From assembly GCA_963665275.2 (NCBI GenBank), contig CAXXIN010000007.1:320001-384000 (forward strand): a stretch of 64,000 bases of DNA, read 5' to 3'. A model generated the notes under the pieces. It was not told the origin of the DNA. It did no database searches and worked only from the letters and a program-made list of their open reading frames with translations. Of this stretch, positions 51,139-61,343 are shown piece by piece. How positions within the stretch are numbered: the stretch's first letter is position 1; each line of letters starts with the position of its first letter. The translations under genes were made by a program, and so were the position numbers. This stretch comes from Negativicutes bacterium. Its GTDB lineage: Bacteria; Bacillota; Negativicutes; UBA1444.

Positions 51139-52551
51139 TTAAATATGCATTTTTTCGTGGTTGTTCATCGAATAACCACCTTTTTCAACATCATTCAGAT
51201 CCAATATTTTTTCTTTTATTTCAATAGGATTAAGTTTTTTCACAACCCCATAGGCTTCTTTTAACGAAAGGCTATCGCCTCTCCCAGTAATAACCCACAA
51301 GGTTTTGTATCCCTTCGGCATGGACAGAAGCTTATCTTCACCCTTGCCATCGGTAAAATATACTAATAAATCGATTTTTTTTGTGTTGGCGTATTCAATA
51401 ACCGGCGTAAATCGAGTACCGCCTCTAATATTGATTCGCTCTTGGATATCCTGTACGGATTTTGCTTGATACACACGTCGAATTTCACTATCACATTCTA
51501 TGATCGTGATTTCATGATTGCAATTTTTTACTACGCTGAATACCTCAATAATCGCCTGATTAAATTCTTCATCCGTAATGCTCCCACTGATATCCAATGC
51601 AACAAAAACTTTTGCTTTATAGCTCCTTAGTTGACCTCGCAACTCCAGTCGATCAGGTTGTCTTCTATTTCTTCTGGTGATCGTTTTCTTTTGATTACTT
51701 TCAACAGCTCCTACCAATCTCTTCAGATATAAATTCCATGGCAGTGCCGTCTTGTTTTTTTTCAGTGTGGCGATCATGCTTTCGATATAGTACGGAATAT
51801 TGCCTTTTTGCGAAGCCTCAATAAATTTATCATTAAACTCCCGCAGAGTTTGTTCCTCAATATCACTAGATTCTTCCCAAATATCATGGGTTGTTTCAGG
51901 GTTATACTCAGTTTCAATCTGTTCAACCTGATCGCCAGCATCCTCGGATTCATCTTTAACTACGTCCAGTAAGGCAATGGCGATTTGAATCTTCTCGACA
52001 TAATATTCAAAGGGTTCAAATGGCAACAGATGCAAACCATAATTGATATTGACCCATTCCAGGGTAGTAGCGTAGGGCGGCAAGTAATCCAAATAGGTAT
52101 TGACGACTACATCCATTGCCATCGTAACAGCTACTGGGTTATAGCCAACCTTGTACTCTTTGGCTCGAATTAAATGCATCGATAAGATGTGGAGTATTTC
52201 GTGCTTAATGGAACTTTCCATTTGCTTCATGGTGAGAGTTAAAAAAATTATGGGGTTAAAATAGATAACATAGCGGGATCCCTTAAAATTCACAGCCGTA
52301 GGGCTGCTTATATCAAATCGAATTTCTCGGGACATTTGAAACAAAAAATATCCATAGAAATTATCTTTGTCTTCCATCAGACTTAAACTAACGTTATCGA
52401 CAAGGCGAAAGAACGCTGCTGTAAATTCCTTTGGTATATCTACCGTAGGTTTTTCCTCGTTATAACTCCCTTTTAAACATGTACTTATAATTTTATAGGC
52501 ATCATCATATAGCCCTTTCACCTGGCTATCAAAATAGGTTTCTATTTCCAT
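51139..52551 (-). CDS. HExxH metallopeptidase plus vWA protein (DUF2201-like)
   Basis: KHEILH; MIDAS motifs DISGS, GGTRF, YFTDG. Confidence 0.88.
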   Translation of the reverse strand: MEIETYFDSQVKGLYDDAYKIISTCLKGSYNEEKPTVDIPKEFTAAFFRLVDNVSLSLMEDKDNFYGYFLFQMSREIRFDISSPTAVNFKGSRYVIYFNPIIFLTLTMKQMESSIKHEILHILSMHLIRAKEYKVGYNPVAVTMAMDVVVNTYLDYLPPYATTLEWVNINYGLHLLPFEPFEYYVEKIQIAIALLDVVKDESEDAGDQVEQIETEYNPETTHDIWEESSDIEEQTLREFNDKFIEASQKGNIPYYIESMIATLKKNKTALPWNLYLKRLVGAVESNQKKTITRRNRRQPDRLELRGQLRSYKAKVFVALDISGSITDEEFNQAIIEVFSVVKNCNHEITIIECDSEIRRVYQAKSVQDIQERINIRGGTRFTPVIEYANTKKIDLLVYFTDGKGEDKLLSMPKGYKTLWVITGRGDSLSLKEAYGVVKKLNPIEIKEKILDLNDVEKGGYSMNNHEKMHI

Positions 52552-52557
52552 ACAGCA

Positions 52558-53679
52558 TCACCTGATCGAATGATAAGATTCAAAATAGGATTCTACAAAA
52601 GCTTCATTCTCTATGGCCTGTTTGTATACCTCAGGATAACTATTCTTTATATCCTTCATGATTCCGATTGTTAAATCCACAGGGTATATTTTCAAAAATG
52701 CAATCAATCTGTCAATATAATAATTTGGTTCACCATTTTCTATATTTGCTTCTAAGTTTTTTAGAATATTCTTGGCCGCTAAATAAAGTCTGGTATGACT
52801 TTCATTTTTCACTTTCCCGATGACCGATTCAGGAAGAGAGCTCCCTGAAAAAACATCTTCATACGATATCAGGGCACTATAATCGGATTCAATGAAGCTG
52901 ACAAACTCTTCAGCAATAAGTTTTCCAACGTTTCCTCTGATAACATTTAAAAATATGGAGCGAGGTACTGAATCTTTTTTCTGCTTATAGATTTTATAAA
53001 TGCTGGAGATTCTTTCATAGCTTCTTGGCGTCGCTCTGATATCTTCTTCATTTATTTTGAATAAATACTCTGGAAAGGTCGAAATAAACTCGATGACTTT
53101 TGGCTCAAGCCCTTCCTCTATTGCCCAATCCAGCCACTGAATATAATCAGGTTCCATGTACAGCCACACAAACCTATTTTCTTGCGCTACATCCATATCT
53201 ACAACTTGATAATCAAATTCCGAGCCATATTTGCTGGAAGGGTTCATCGCTGCAATTATTTTCACCCCTACAGATAACGTGTACCCATTAATTTCTCTAT
53301 TTAATATTAAATTCATTAGTTCCTGTTGTACTGTATGTTCACAACGATTGATCTCGTCGATAAATAAAAGAACTGTGTTCCCTTTCGATATTTCTTCATC
53401 GATTTCTCGTAGTTTATTATGAACAGCGTAGACCGTAGCCTTCTTTTCAACTTTATCGCCTTTATGGTTGACCCTGGTATACGGCTCTATCGTTGGAAGC
53501 CCGCCTATTTCGCCTTCCTTCAGGAGGTTGCCGTCAATCACAACCAAACTCCACTTATTCTCATCAGCGATTTTTTCGGCCAATGCGGTTTTGCCGATTC
53601 CAGTTTCCCCGACGATCAAAGGCACTTCGCCAGTCGCCAGTACTAACTCAACACTTTTCAATGTTTCTAAAAAATTCAT
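52558..53679 (-). CDS. MoxR/dynein-related AAA+ ATPase
   Basis: GETGIGKT, LLFIDEINR, AAMNP, NRF, TPRSYE. Confidence 0.9.
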   Translation of the reverse strand: MNFLETLKSVELVLATGEVPLIVGETGIGKTALAEKIADENKWSLVVIDGNLLKEGEIGGLPTIEPYTRVNHKGDKVEKKATVYAVHNKLREIDEEISKGNTVLLFIDEINRCEHTVQQELMNLILNREINGYTLSVGVKIIAAMNPSSKYGSEFDYQVVDMDVAQENRFVWLYMEPDYIQWLDWAIEEGLEPKVIEFISTFPEYLFKINEEDIRATPRSYERISSIYKIYKQKKDSVPRSIFLNVIRGNVGKLIAEEFVSFIESDYSALISYEDVFSGSSLPESVIGKVKNESHTRLYLAAKNILKNLEANIENGEPNYYIDRLIAFLKIYPVDLTIGIMKDIKNSYPEVYKQAIENEAFVESYFESYHSIR

Positions 53680-53691
53680 TCTCTCTCCTAC

Positions 53692-54501
53692 CTATTTCAT
53701 CTTCAGTTTTTCGTCAACGGCTGTTCTTTTGGCTTTTTTACTACCGTATTGATAAATAAACAGGATCTTGTCCCTTGGCATAATTTCGCCATTTTTATCA
53801 ATAGTACTGAAATTCAAATAATCTCTGACATATTTTTCTTCCACGTCTTCCCTGGCCAATACTTCCTTTAACACTTGTTCCAATTCGCCCTGCGTTATTT
53901 CAATTTCTTTCATAACATACTTAATCGTTAGAATATTTACTTTCAAAAATTCCAGCACTTTGTTTTTATCCAAGTCATTGATCAGTCGAATGGCCTGTTC
54001 GTTATTCCGGATCGCGATCAGCTCCGCCTTATGTGTAGGTGAACTTATATAACGTAATGCATCATAACTTGTTTTGACAGCCTCTTCTTGTACGCTTTCG
54101 CAGGGCTTTTTTATATACTTTATCGCATCGTAATTTTTTCTTACCGCTAATAACTGCAATTCCTCACTGGGATTATTGGCATATTTAATGGCTGCGCCAG
54201 CTTGGCTAAGAGCTAATTTGATTAGTTCGTCCGTGGGCTTCTTAATATACTCTAAGTTAATCCACCCATCATTTACCACTTGTACCAGCATAGCATCCGT
54301 AGGGTCAGTTATAAATTGAATCGCCCTGGCATTATTGTCCAAAGCGGCTTTTTGCATCTCTCTGGTTGGAGAATCAATATATTGTAACGCAAGTCCATTT
54401 TTTTGAACCGCCAATAGCTTCAGCTCATTTGATGGGTTATTTACATGCACTATCGCCTTGGGATTAATCTTTATTATTTCAATCAGTTTTGATTCGTCCA
54501 T
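53692..54501 (-). CDS. helical-repeat protein (DUF4116-like)
   Basis: About seven ~22-aa repeats of the form A(I/L)xY(I)xxPxxELxxxAV. Confidence 0.75.
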   Translation of the reverse strand: MDESKLIEIIKINPKAIVHVNNPSNELKLLAVQKNGLALQYIDSPTREMQKAALDNNARAIQFITDPTDAMLVQVVNDGWINLEYIKKPTDELIKLALSQAGAAIKYANNPSEELQLLAVRKNYDAIKYIKKPCESVQEEAVKTSYDALRYISSPTHKAELIAIRNNEQAIRLINDLDKNKVLEFLKVNILTIKYVMKEIEITQGELEQVLKEVLAREDVEEKYVRDYLNFSTIDKNGEIMPRDKILFIYQYGSKKAKRTAVDEKLKMK

Positions 54502-54702
54502 AATGACACTATCCTTCAGCTAATGTTTTGGGGGCAATCTAAACAAAATAATTATACCACTGTATCGCCAAACCAAGAATGCGCCGCTCTGTATTATGGC
54601 CATTTTAAATTCCCATTAATAATCAAGTTCGACAGGAATTTAGTTAATTGTTCCCTAATTAGTATATATTAAGAACATTGATTGAAGGGAGAAATAATCA
54701 GG

Positions 54703-56124
54703 ATGAAAATAGCAAAATTACTTAGCACAACTCTATCGATCCTCCTGTCGTTAACTTTCATCAGTACAACCCTCCCAGCGCAGGCTGCGCCAGACATTAC
54801 CACAGAAGAAGCGCGCGCCATTGCCAAAGAAGCGTATATTTACGGGTTCCCGCTAGTTGACAGCTATCGCGTCATGCATGCATATTTCATTGACTCCACC
54901 GGACCCGACTACAAGGGGCCGCTCAATACGCTTGCGAGTTTCGGCCGCGTCTTCACACCGGAAGATACGACCGTACAGACACCCAACTCTGATACTCCCT
55001 ACTCTTTCGTCGGCATGGATCTGCGCGCCGAACCCATTGTTCTTACGGTCCCGCAAATTGAGAAAGCCCGCTACTTTTCCATCCAGCTAATTGACGCGTA
55101 TACCTTCAATTTTGACTATATCGGTAGTCGCACCACCGGAAACGATGGCGGCAGTTACCTCATTGCCGGGCCGAACTGGAAGGGCGAAATTCCGCAGGGA
55201 ATCAAGAAGGTAATCCGCGCGGAGACTGAATTGATTATCGCCATGTACCGTACGCAACTTTTCAATCCATCAGACCTTGATAACGTCAAAAAGATTCAGG
55301 CCTCTTACAAGGCGCAACCCTTATCCTCATTTCTCAGCCAATCCGCGCCTCAAGCCGCGCCACCGATCAAATTTGTCAATCCGTTGACACCGAAAACGCA
55401 AACAACTTCATTAGACTTTTTTAACGTACTGAATTTCGTGCTTGGGTTCTGTCCCACTCCACCTTCTGAGCGAGAACTTATGACTCGTTTTTCCAAAATC
55501 AACGTTGGCTCTGGGCTTGTGTTCGACCCTGATTCGCTTTCACCTGAGTTGCGAAAAGCGGTCCAGGCCGGCATGGCGGAGGCGATCGCTGAACTAAATG
55601 TTTTCATGAATGACCAAATGACGACAGGAAGGGTTACCAGTGGTGACCTGTTCGGCACCAGAGATTATCTAAAAAACAACTACCTTTACCGATATGCGGC
55701 TGCCAAGTTTGGAATCTACGGCAACTCAAAGCAAGAAGCATTGTATCCGTTCTATCGCAAAGATTCCGAAGGACAGCTGTTTGATGCTTCAAAGAACAAT
55801 TACATTATGCATCTTGCCCCCGGTCAGTTCCCACCAGTCCATGCATTCTGGTCGTTGACGATGTATGAAGTCCCGTCCAGCCTGCTTTCGGCCAACGCAT
55901 TGAATCGATATCTGATCAATTCGCCGATGCTGCCTTCCCTGCTACTCGACGCTGACGGAGGAATCACCCTTTACATTCAACAGGAATCTCCCGGCAAAGA
56001 GAAAGAAGCGAATTGGCTTCCAGCTCCGAATGGACCGTTCTGGTGTGCAATGCGCCTCTATTGGCCAAAGCAGGAAGCGCTGAACGGCAGTTGGACGCCA
56101 CCTGTTATCAGAAAGGCTCAATAG
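54703..56124 (+). CDS. DUF1254/DUF1214 domain exported protein
   Basis: AYIYGFPL, TPNSDTPYS, FWSLTMY, MRLYWP. Confidence 0.88.
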   Translation: MKIAKLLSTTLSILLSLTFISTTLPAQAAPDITTEEARAIAKEAYIYGFPLVDSYRVMHAYFIDSTGPDYKGPLNTLASFGRVFTPEDTTVQTPNSDTPYSFVGMDLRAEPIVLTVPQIEKARYFSIQLIDAYTFNFDYIGSRTTGNDGGSYLIAGPNWKGEIPQGIKKVIRAETELIIAMYRTQLFNPSDLDNVKKIQASYKAQPLSSFLSQSAPQAAPPIKFVNPLTPKTQTTSLDFFNVLNFVLGFCPTPPSERELMTRFSKINVGSGLVFDPDSLSPELRKAVQAGMAEAIAELNVFMNDQMTTGRVTSGDLFGTRDYLKNNYLYRYAAAKFGIYGNSKQEALYPFYRKDSEGQLFDASKNNYIMHLAPGQFPPVHAFWSLTMYEVPSSLLSANALNRYLINSPMLPSLLLDADGGITLYIQQESPGKEKEANWLPAPNGPFWCAMRLYWPKQEALNGSWTPPVIRKAQ

Positions 56125-56140
56125 TCCTAGGGTCGAAAGG

Positions 56141-57232
56141 ATGGGAAACACAATGTGGAATTTTTCCAGATGGAACAAGACCCTGCTAATCGCAACCATA
56201 GTGATGCTGTTCAGTTGTGGAGGATCTGTTGGCGAATCGGCGCAAGAAGCGGTCTATCACATCGTGGTCCTATCCGATGCGCACATGCCTGTTATCCCCC
56301 GCGATAAACCGACAGAAACCCCGACTGGCAAGGCGGCCCAGAGCATCGAAAATGCGAAGATCGAGGCGGCCAAGCATCATATCATCGCCACCATCAACGG
56401 CTGGAACGACGTAACTCGGTTCGTCGCGTTAGGCGATATGGTCGGCTCATACGGAAGCGACGCCGAATATGCGGCCTCTACCTCTTTTTTTGGCAAGCTA
56501 AACAAACCGGTTTCTTATATCGTGGGCAACCACGACTACATATACGTGGGTCGGCGGCCTAAACCGCCGACTGCAACGAATCCTGACCCAAATCAATTCG
56601 AATTCATTCGGGGCATTCCGCAGCAACGAAAGGAAAATCTGGACCGATTCCGGCAAGAATATAAGCAGTCGGAATTGTATTATACGCTGGAGTACGGGCA
56701 ATATTTGCTGGTGTTCTTGTCCACGGACAGTCTGGATTCCAAGAGGCTTTGTGAATACTCTCAAGAACAGATGTCCTGGCTCCAGGATGTACTGAGCGCG
56801 AATCCCAATCGACCAACGATCATTTTCGCCCATGCGCCTCTTTTTGGTACTTTGGAAGACTATAATTCACTTGTCAATGAGCCTTCGTTCATTGCCCTAC
56901 CGGAAATAGTCCCGGATGCACTACGAAATGGCCACAAAATTGAAGAACCCAAGCCAGGAGCGATAGAATTCAGATCTCTGCTGAAAAACAACCCCCAGGT
57001 GTTCATGTGGATTTCTGGCCATACGCATACCGCCGCGACCAACAAGAGTTTCGCCTCCGGGGTCAACCTCTATGACGGACGAGTCCACGACGTTCAGAAT
57101 CCGACGCTGAACGGGGAAGTTATCTGGACGAATTCGATCTATCTCCATCCAGATAAAGTCGTAGTCAGGACCTACCGGCATAGCGACAATCAATGGTTGA
57201 CCGAGTTTGACCGGGAATTCCCGGTCGAATAG
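56141..57232 (+). CDS. metallophosphoesterase lipoprotein
   Basis: LFSC lipobox; SDAH, LGD, GNHD, AHAP, SGHTH. Confidence 0.85.
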   Translation: MGNTMWNFSRWNKTLLIATIVMLFSCGGSVGESAQEAVYHIVVLSDAHMPVIPRDKPTETPTGKAAQSIENAKIEAAKHHIIATINGWNDVTRFVALGDMVGSYGSDAEYAASTSFFGKLNKPVSYIVGNHDYIYVGRRPKPPTATNPDPNQFEFIRGIPQQRKENLDRFRQEYKQSELYYTLEYGQYLLVFLSTDSLDSKRLCEYSQEQMSWLQDVLSANPNRPTIIFAHAPLFGTLEDYNSLVNEPSFIALPEIVPDALRNGHKIEEPKPGAIEFRSLLKNNPQVFMWISGHTHTAATNKSFASGVNLYDGRVHDVQNPTLNGEVIWTNSIYLHPDKVVVRTYRHSDNQWLTEFDREFPVE

Positions 57233-57270
57233 CTGTCACAGTCGGAAGGTGCACTGGGGATTCTTTTCAA

Positions 57271-57365
57271 TTGACAGTGAACCGATCCGGCTGGTATAAT
57301 TCGCAGTAACTGTATAAGGTTGGTTTTTGGAGGAGTCTGTCACACAGGCTTCTCTTTTTCTTTTT
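57271..57365 (+). promoter_or_regulatory. consensus promoter followed by a leader terminator
   Basis: TTGACA-18-TATAAT with an extended -10 TG. Hairpin GAGGAGTCTGT-CAC-ACAGGCTTCTC followed by T-runs lies upstream of the CDS. Confidence 0.65.
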
Positions 57366-57406
57366 GCCTTTTTCCAATCTAATATTTTGCGGGAGGTTTG
57401 AATTGA

Positions 57407-58798
57407 GTGTTAGGTAATCTTCTTCCAATCTGGAGCGTTATTCCGTTCGTAGGAATCTTATTGTCAATCGCGCTTTGTCCACTGATCAATGCCCACTGGT
57501 GGGAACGCAACATGAGTAAGGTTAGCCTGTTTTGGGCCGCCGCGTTCATCGTTCCATTTTCCCTGGCTTTTGGCCTAAAGGATGGCATGTATCAACTATT
57601 GCACATCTATGTAGTGGATTATATCCCCTTCATCATCCTGTTGTTTTCCCTATTTGTTATTGCTGGCGGCATATTGGTCAGAGGGACTTTGTTGGGCACG
57701 CCGCTTTTCAATATGTTGCTGCTGGCTGTTGGCGCAGTTCTGGCTAACATTGTCGGTACTACCGGAGCCTCCATTGTCCTGATTCGACCGTTAATTCGCG
57801 CGCTTGAATGTCGTCGGGCCAAGGTCCACACGATTGTGTTTTTTATTTTTATCGTCAGCAACATCGCCGGGTCGTTGACCCCGGTTGGCGATCCCCCTTT
57901 GTTTTTGGGATATTTGCATGGAGTCCCTTTTTTCTGGACTCTGAAGTTGTTGCCAATTTTTCTATTAAACGTTACGCTGCTTCTGGGAACATACTACTGG
58001 CTTGACCTCCGCCAATATAAAAAAGAAATGCTGGATCCGGACAGCGCAATCGCCAAGCTGGAGAACAATAAAAGTGTTTGCGACAAGGAACCAATTCGAA
58101 TCAGCGGACTCACGAATCTGCTTTTTCTTGGCCGGGTCATCTTTGCCGTTGTTTTCGGCGGCGAAATCGCGAAGCATCCTATGTTCTATGATGCGACACA
58201 CAATGTTTTGCGGGGAATTCCACTCATTTCATCACATGGCCATACCCTGGTTTGGCCGTACCGCAATATGATCTGGGATACTTTCATCTTAGGCATGGCC
58301 CTGCTCTCTCTCAAGATGACCCCCAGGAGTCTGCGCGCCGCCAATTCATTTTCCTGGGCTCCAATCAAAGAAGTGGCGGTTCTATTCGCGGGAATCTTTA
58401 GCACGATTATACCGGCGCTCGCCATCTTGAGCGCCAAAGGAGCGCAACTGGGCGTGACCGAGCCCTGGCAGTTTTTCTGGGCCGCAGGCTTGCTTTCCAG
58501 CTTCCTGGACAATGCGCCCACCTACCTGACGTTTCTGGCGTTGGGTGGACAAATGAACGCGACAGTTGGAATTGCTACCGACATGGGAATGCTAAGCGAG
58601 CGTGTACTGTGGGCGATTTCCTGTGGCTCGGTTTTCATGGGCGCCAATACATATATCGGGAATGCACCTAATTTTATGGTCCGTTCCATCGCGGAAGAAG
58701 CGGGTATTCGCATGCCGAGTTTCTTCGGCTACATGGGCTGGTCGATCGCGGTATTGATTCCGCTCTTCCTTTTGAACACGGCGCTTTTTTTCCGTTAG
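57407..58798 (+). CDS. IT-superfamily transporter (NhaD-related sodium:proton antiporter type)
   Basis: GTTGAS, SNIAGSLTPVGDPPL, SFLDNAPTY, GANTYIGNAPNF; many TM segments. Confidence 0.85.
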   Translation: MLGNLLPIWSVIPFVGILLSIALCPLINAHWWERNMSKVSLFWAAAFIVPFSLAFGLKDGMYQLLHIYVVDYIPFIILLFSLFVIAGGILVRGTLLGTPLFNMLLLAVGAVLANIVGTTGASIVLIRPLIRALECRRAKVHTIVFFIFIVSNIAGSLTPVGDPPLFLGYLHGVPFFWTLKLLPIFLLNVTLLLGTYYWLDLRQYKKEMLDPDSAIAKLENNKSVCDKEPIRISGLTNLLFLGRVIFAVVFGGEIAKHPMFYDATHNVLRGIPLISSHGHTLVWPYRNMIWDTFILGMALLSLKMTPRSLRAANSFSWAPIKEVAVLFAGIFSTIIPALAILSAKGAQLGVTEPWQFFWAAGLLSSFLDNAPTYLTFLALGGQMNATVGIATDMGMLSERVLWAISCGSVFMGANTYIGNAPNFMVRSIAEEAGIRMPSFFGYMGWSIAVLIPLFLLNTALFFR

Positions 58799-58997
58799 AG
58801 AGAGCTTTTTGGCGGTGTTCACCTTTCTTTTCCCGGTTTTGGATACGTAAAAGCTAATGATGGACCAAGGATACCTCTATTGATGATTCAGCACTAAAAT
58901 AAACCAATAATTTCTCACCCTCAGCCATGCAAATCCACTTATGACAAAAACCCGCGAAATTCGCGGGTTTTTGTTCTAAACAAGGGAATGTATCCTA

Positions 58998-59638
58998 TTA
59001 ATAGGTAAACAAGCTTACTATTTTCAAATCCTCGGGAGGACTTTCCTGCCCCGTGTTGACTTTCTGCCAATTTGGGCTGGCTTGGGTGCTCAATTTACAG
59101 GTCACGCGATCCTCCGCCAAAAATCCGATTACGCCCTCAACAGTGACTTTCGCCTGTGGATAAGCGCTGCGAATTTCGGCCCAGGTCGAGCCGACGTGCA
59201 GGCCTTTGACAGTTTTGAATTCCGGGGAATAGGCGGCAATTTGATAAATTTTTCCCTCGTTGTCCAACGTGATTTTTATTGACAGCTGCTTAGCATTGGA
59301 TTTGTCAAAATACGCATTGATCACTTGAGCCGTAGTTCCTTCACCGGCCGGTTCTTTTCCTTCGCTGAATTTGCCGCCATAGGCTCCGGTGATGAGCGTT
59401 TTGGCCTCTTCAACCGTTAGCTTATTATGAAATAAGCCGTTTTTCCATTGCCAATAAGGTACATCTCTGAATTGGTTGCGGCGGTTTTCGCCTGGAGCGT
59501 CTGTGCCTGCTGCGAATCCGGCGCTTTCACCGGTGCTTTTGTATCGCCGCTGATTGGCTTTTCTGCGGCGTTACAACCGCCTGCCATCGTCATTAGGAAC
59601 ATTCCCAGAATCAGTATGCAGAGTCCTCTTTTGTTCAT
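58998..59638 (-). pseudogene. lipoprotein split by one frameshift (about 59430-59440); may be an assembly error
   Basis: 59417-59638 (AGGC lipobox) continues in the frame of 58998-59324 via LFHNKLTVEEAK. Confidence 0.65.
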
Positions 59639-59889
59639 AGTTGCCCTCTTTTCTTATCTCGTCGTTGTTTAGCGGCCCTTGGGTCATTTTGGGATCAATA
59701 GTGGAGGCAGCTCTCTTTTACCCATGAATTTTATTTGTGACCTGAATTCAGTATATGACAGAGCTATGAAATGAGATACTATCCGAAAGTATACTTTTAA
59801 AATCCACTTCATTTTTAATCTATTGAATGAATGGAGGAGTGTTTTCCTTCCAAGAGAAACTGTGCTGAATCGAGTGAACATCGCTCATT

Positions 59890-61145
59890 TCATGCCACTC
59901 GTAACTGCTTCCGATGCTTATAAATAAATGCAAGGATAACTACAGCAGGAAAAAGCATAAACCATCCTGCAAAGAAAAGAACGAATCCAGATAATCCTGC
60001 GCTCAATCCGGCAGCCACCTTCCCCACCTTGCTGGTTAAAATGCGGGCCGCCGAAACCATGCCGATGATATAGACCACCAAGAATGTCGTACTGGGAATT
60101 CCGATCAGAGGTTTCAAGTTCCAGGAAAAGCAATAGCTCAGCGCCCAAAATGCCCAGGAACAACGGGATGAAAGACAAAAGTGCAATATGGGGTGTTTGA
60201 AAACGAGGATGAAGTCGTCCAAACACTTCCGGAAAGTGACCCTCGCGAGACTGAGAATATACCAGCCGCGAGAATCCGGCGATAAAAGTGTGAATCGGAC
60301 AGTAGCAGACGATATACCCCAAAACTCCGACGAATAAACCTGCTAACTCCCCCCAGCGAAAGGAAACCAACGTGATCATCGCTGTAACCGGATTGCCGGT
60401 CTTGTAGATCTCAGTACCGACAGTTACGAGCGCCACCGCAAAATACAGAAGATTTACAAACAGAAACGCCAGCCCCAAGCTCAACGGCAAATCACGCCTT
60501 GGGTCTTTGAACTCTTCAGCGAGGTGCCCGATCATTTCCCACCCCATGAAGGCAAAGAACAAAAGGGCCATTGCTTGTCCCACAGAGAACCAGCCCTGGG
60601 TGAATAGCGGTACGAACGCTGACGTTCTCATTGAGGGCGCAGATGAGATAACGGTGAACCCAAGAATAAAAAGAATCGTTGATACCACCAACACTTGACT
60701 TCGCCCAGACAATTCGATTCCCCGATAGTTGAGAAGAATAGCCAAAAGTAAAAGTCCTGCCGCCGCAGCATGGATTTCGCCTGAGGATCCTGTTAACAGA
60801 CTGCCCAAATAATGTGCGCCGACCAATGCCGTCAAAGGCATTCCCAAAGGCATGGCGCTCAAATCAATAGACCGGTGAGATTTCCTGCGAGTGGACCAAA
60901 TGCACGGTTAGCGTATGCAGCCATTCCTCCGGCGTCTGGATACCGTGACGACATCAGGCCGATTGTAATCACCATCGGTAGCGAAAACAACCCCATCAGC
61001 AACCAACTCAATAGTGATGCAGGACCTGCCATCTCGGCCGCAATTGCCGGTAGAACAAGAATACCGCGCCAAGTACTGCTCCTATTGTCAGCGCCGTACC
61101 CTGAATCCAGGTTATGCTTTTTTTTAATCCTCCTTGCGTCATCAT
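59890..61145 (-). pseudogene. APC-family amino-acid permease (YjeH/YecA-like) with three frameshifts
   Basis: LKKSITWIQGTALTIGAVLG / GILVLP / PDAGG / FAFMGWE...AEEFKDP / SRLVYSQSREG spread over successive frames; shifts near 61065, 60860 and 60140. Confidence 0.8.
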
Positions 61146-61343
61146 TCACTCTACTTTCAGCACATTTTGTTTAACTTTTCATTATTGTGGCATTATCGTA
61201 TCATGAAAGCACCACGAAGGATACTTCAGCAGTTCGCTCTATGTTTCTTTGATTTAGCAGGAACAATCTCTTTGTTTTGCGAAACTAAGGTATTGAAAGA
61301 ATAAATTTCAACAAACCAGAGATCAAGAGAGGAGCGATTAATA

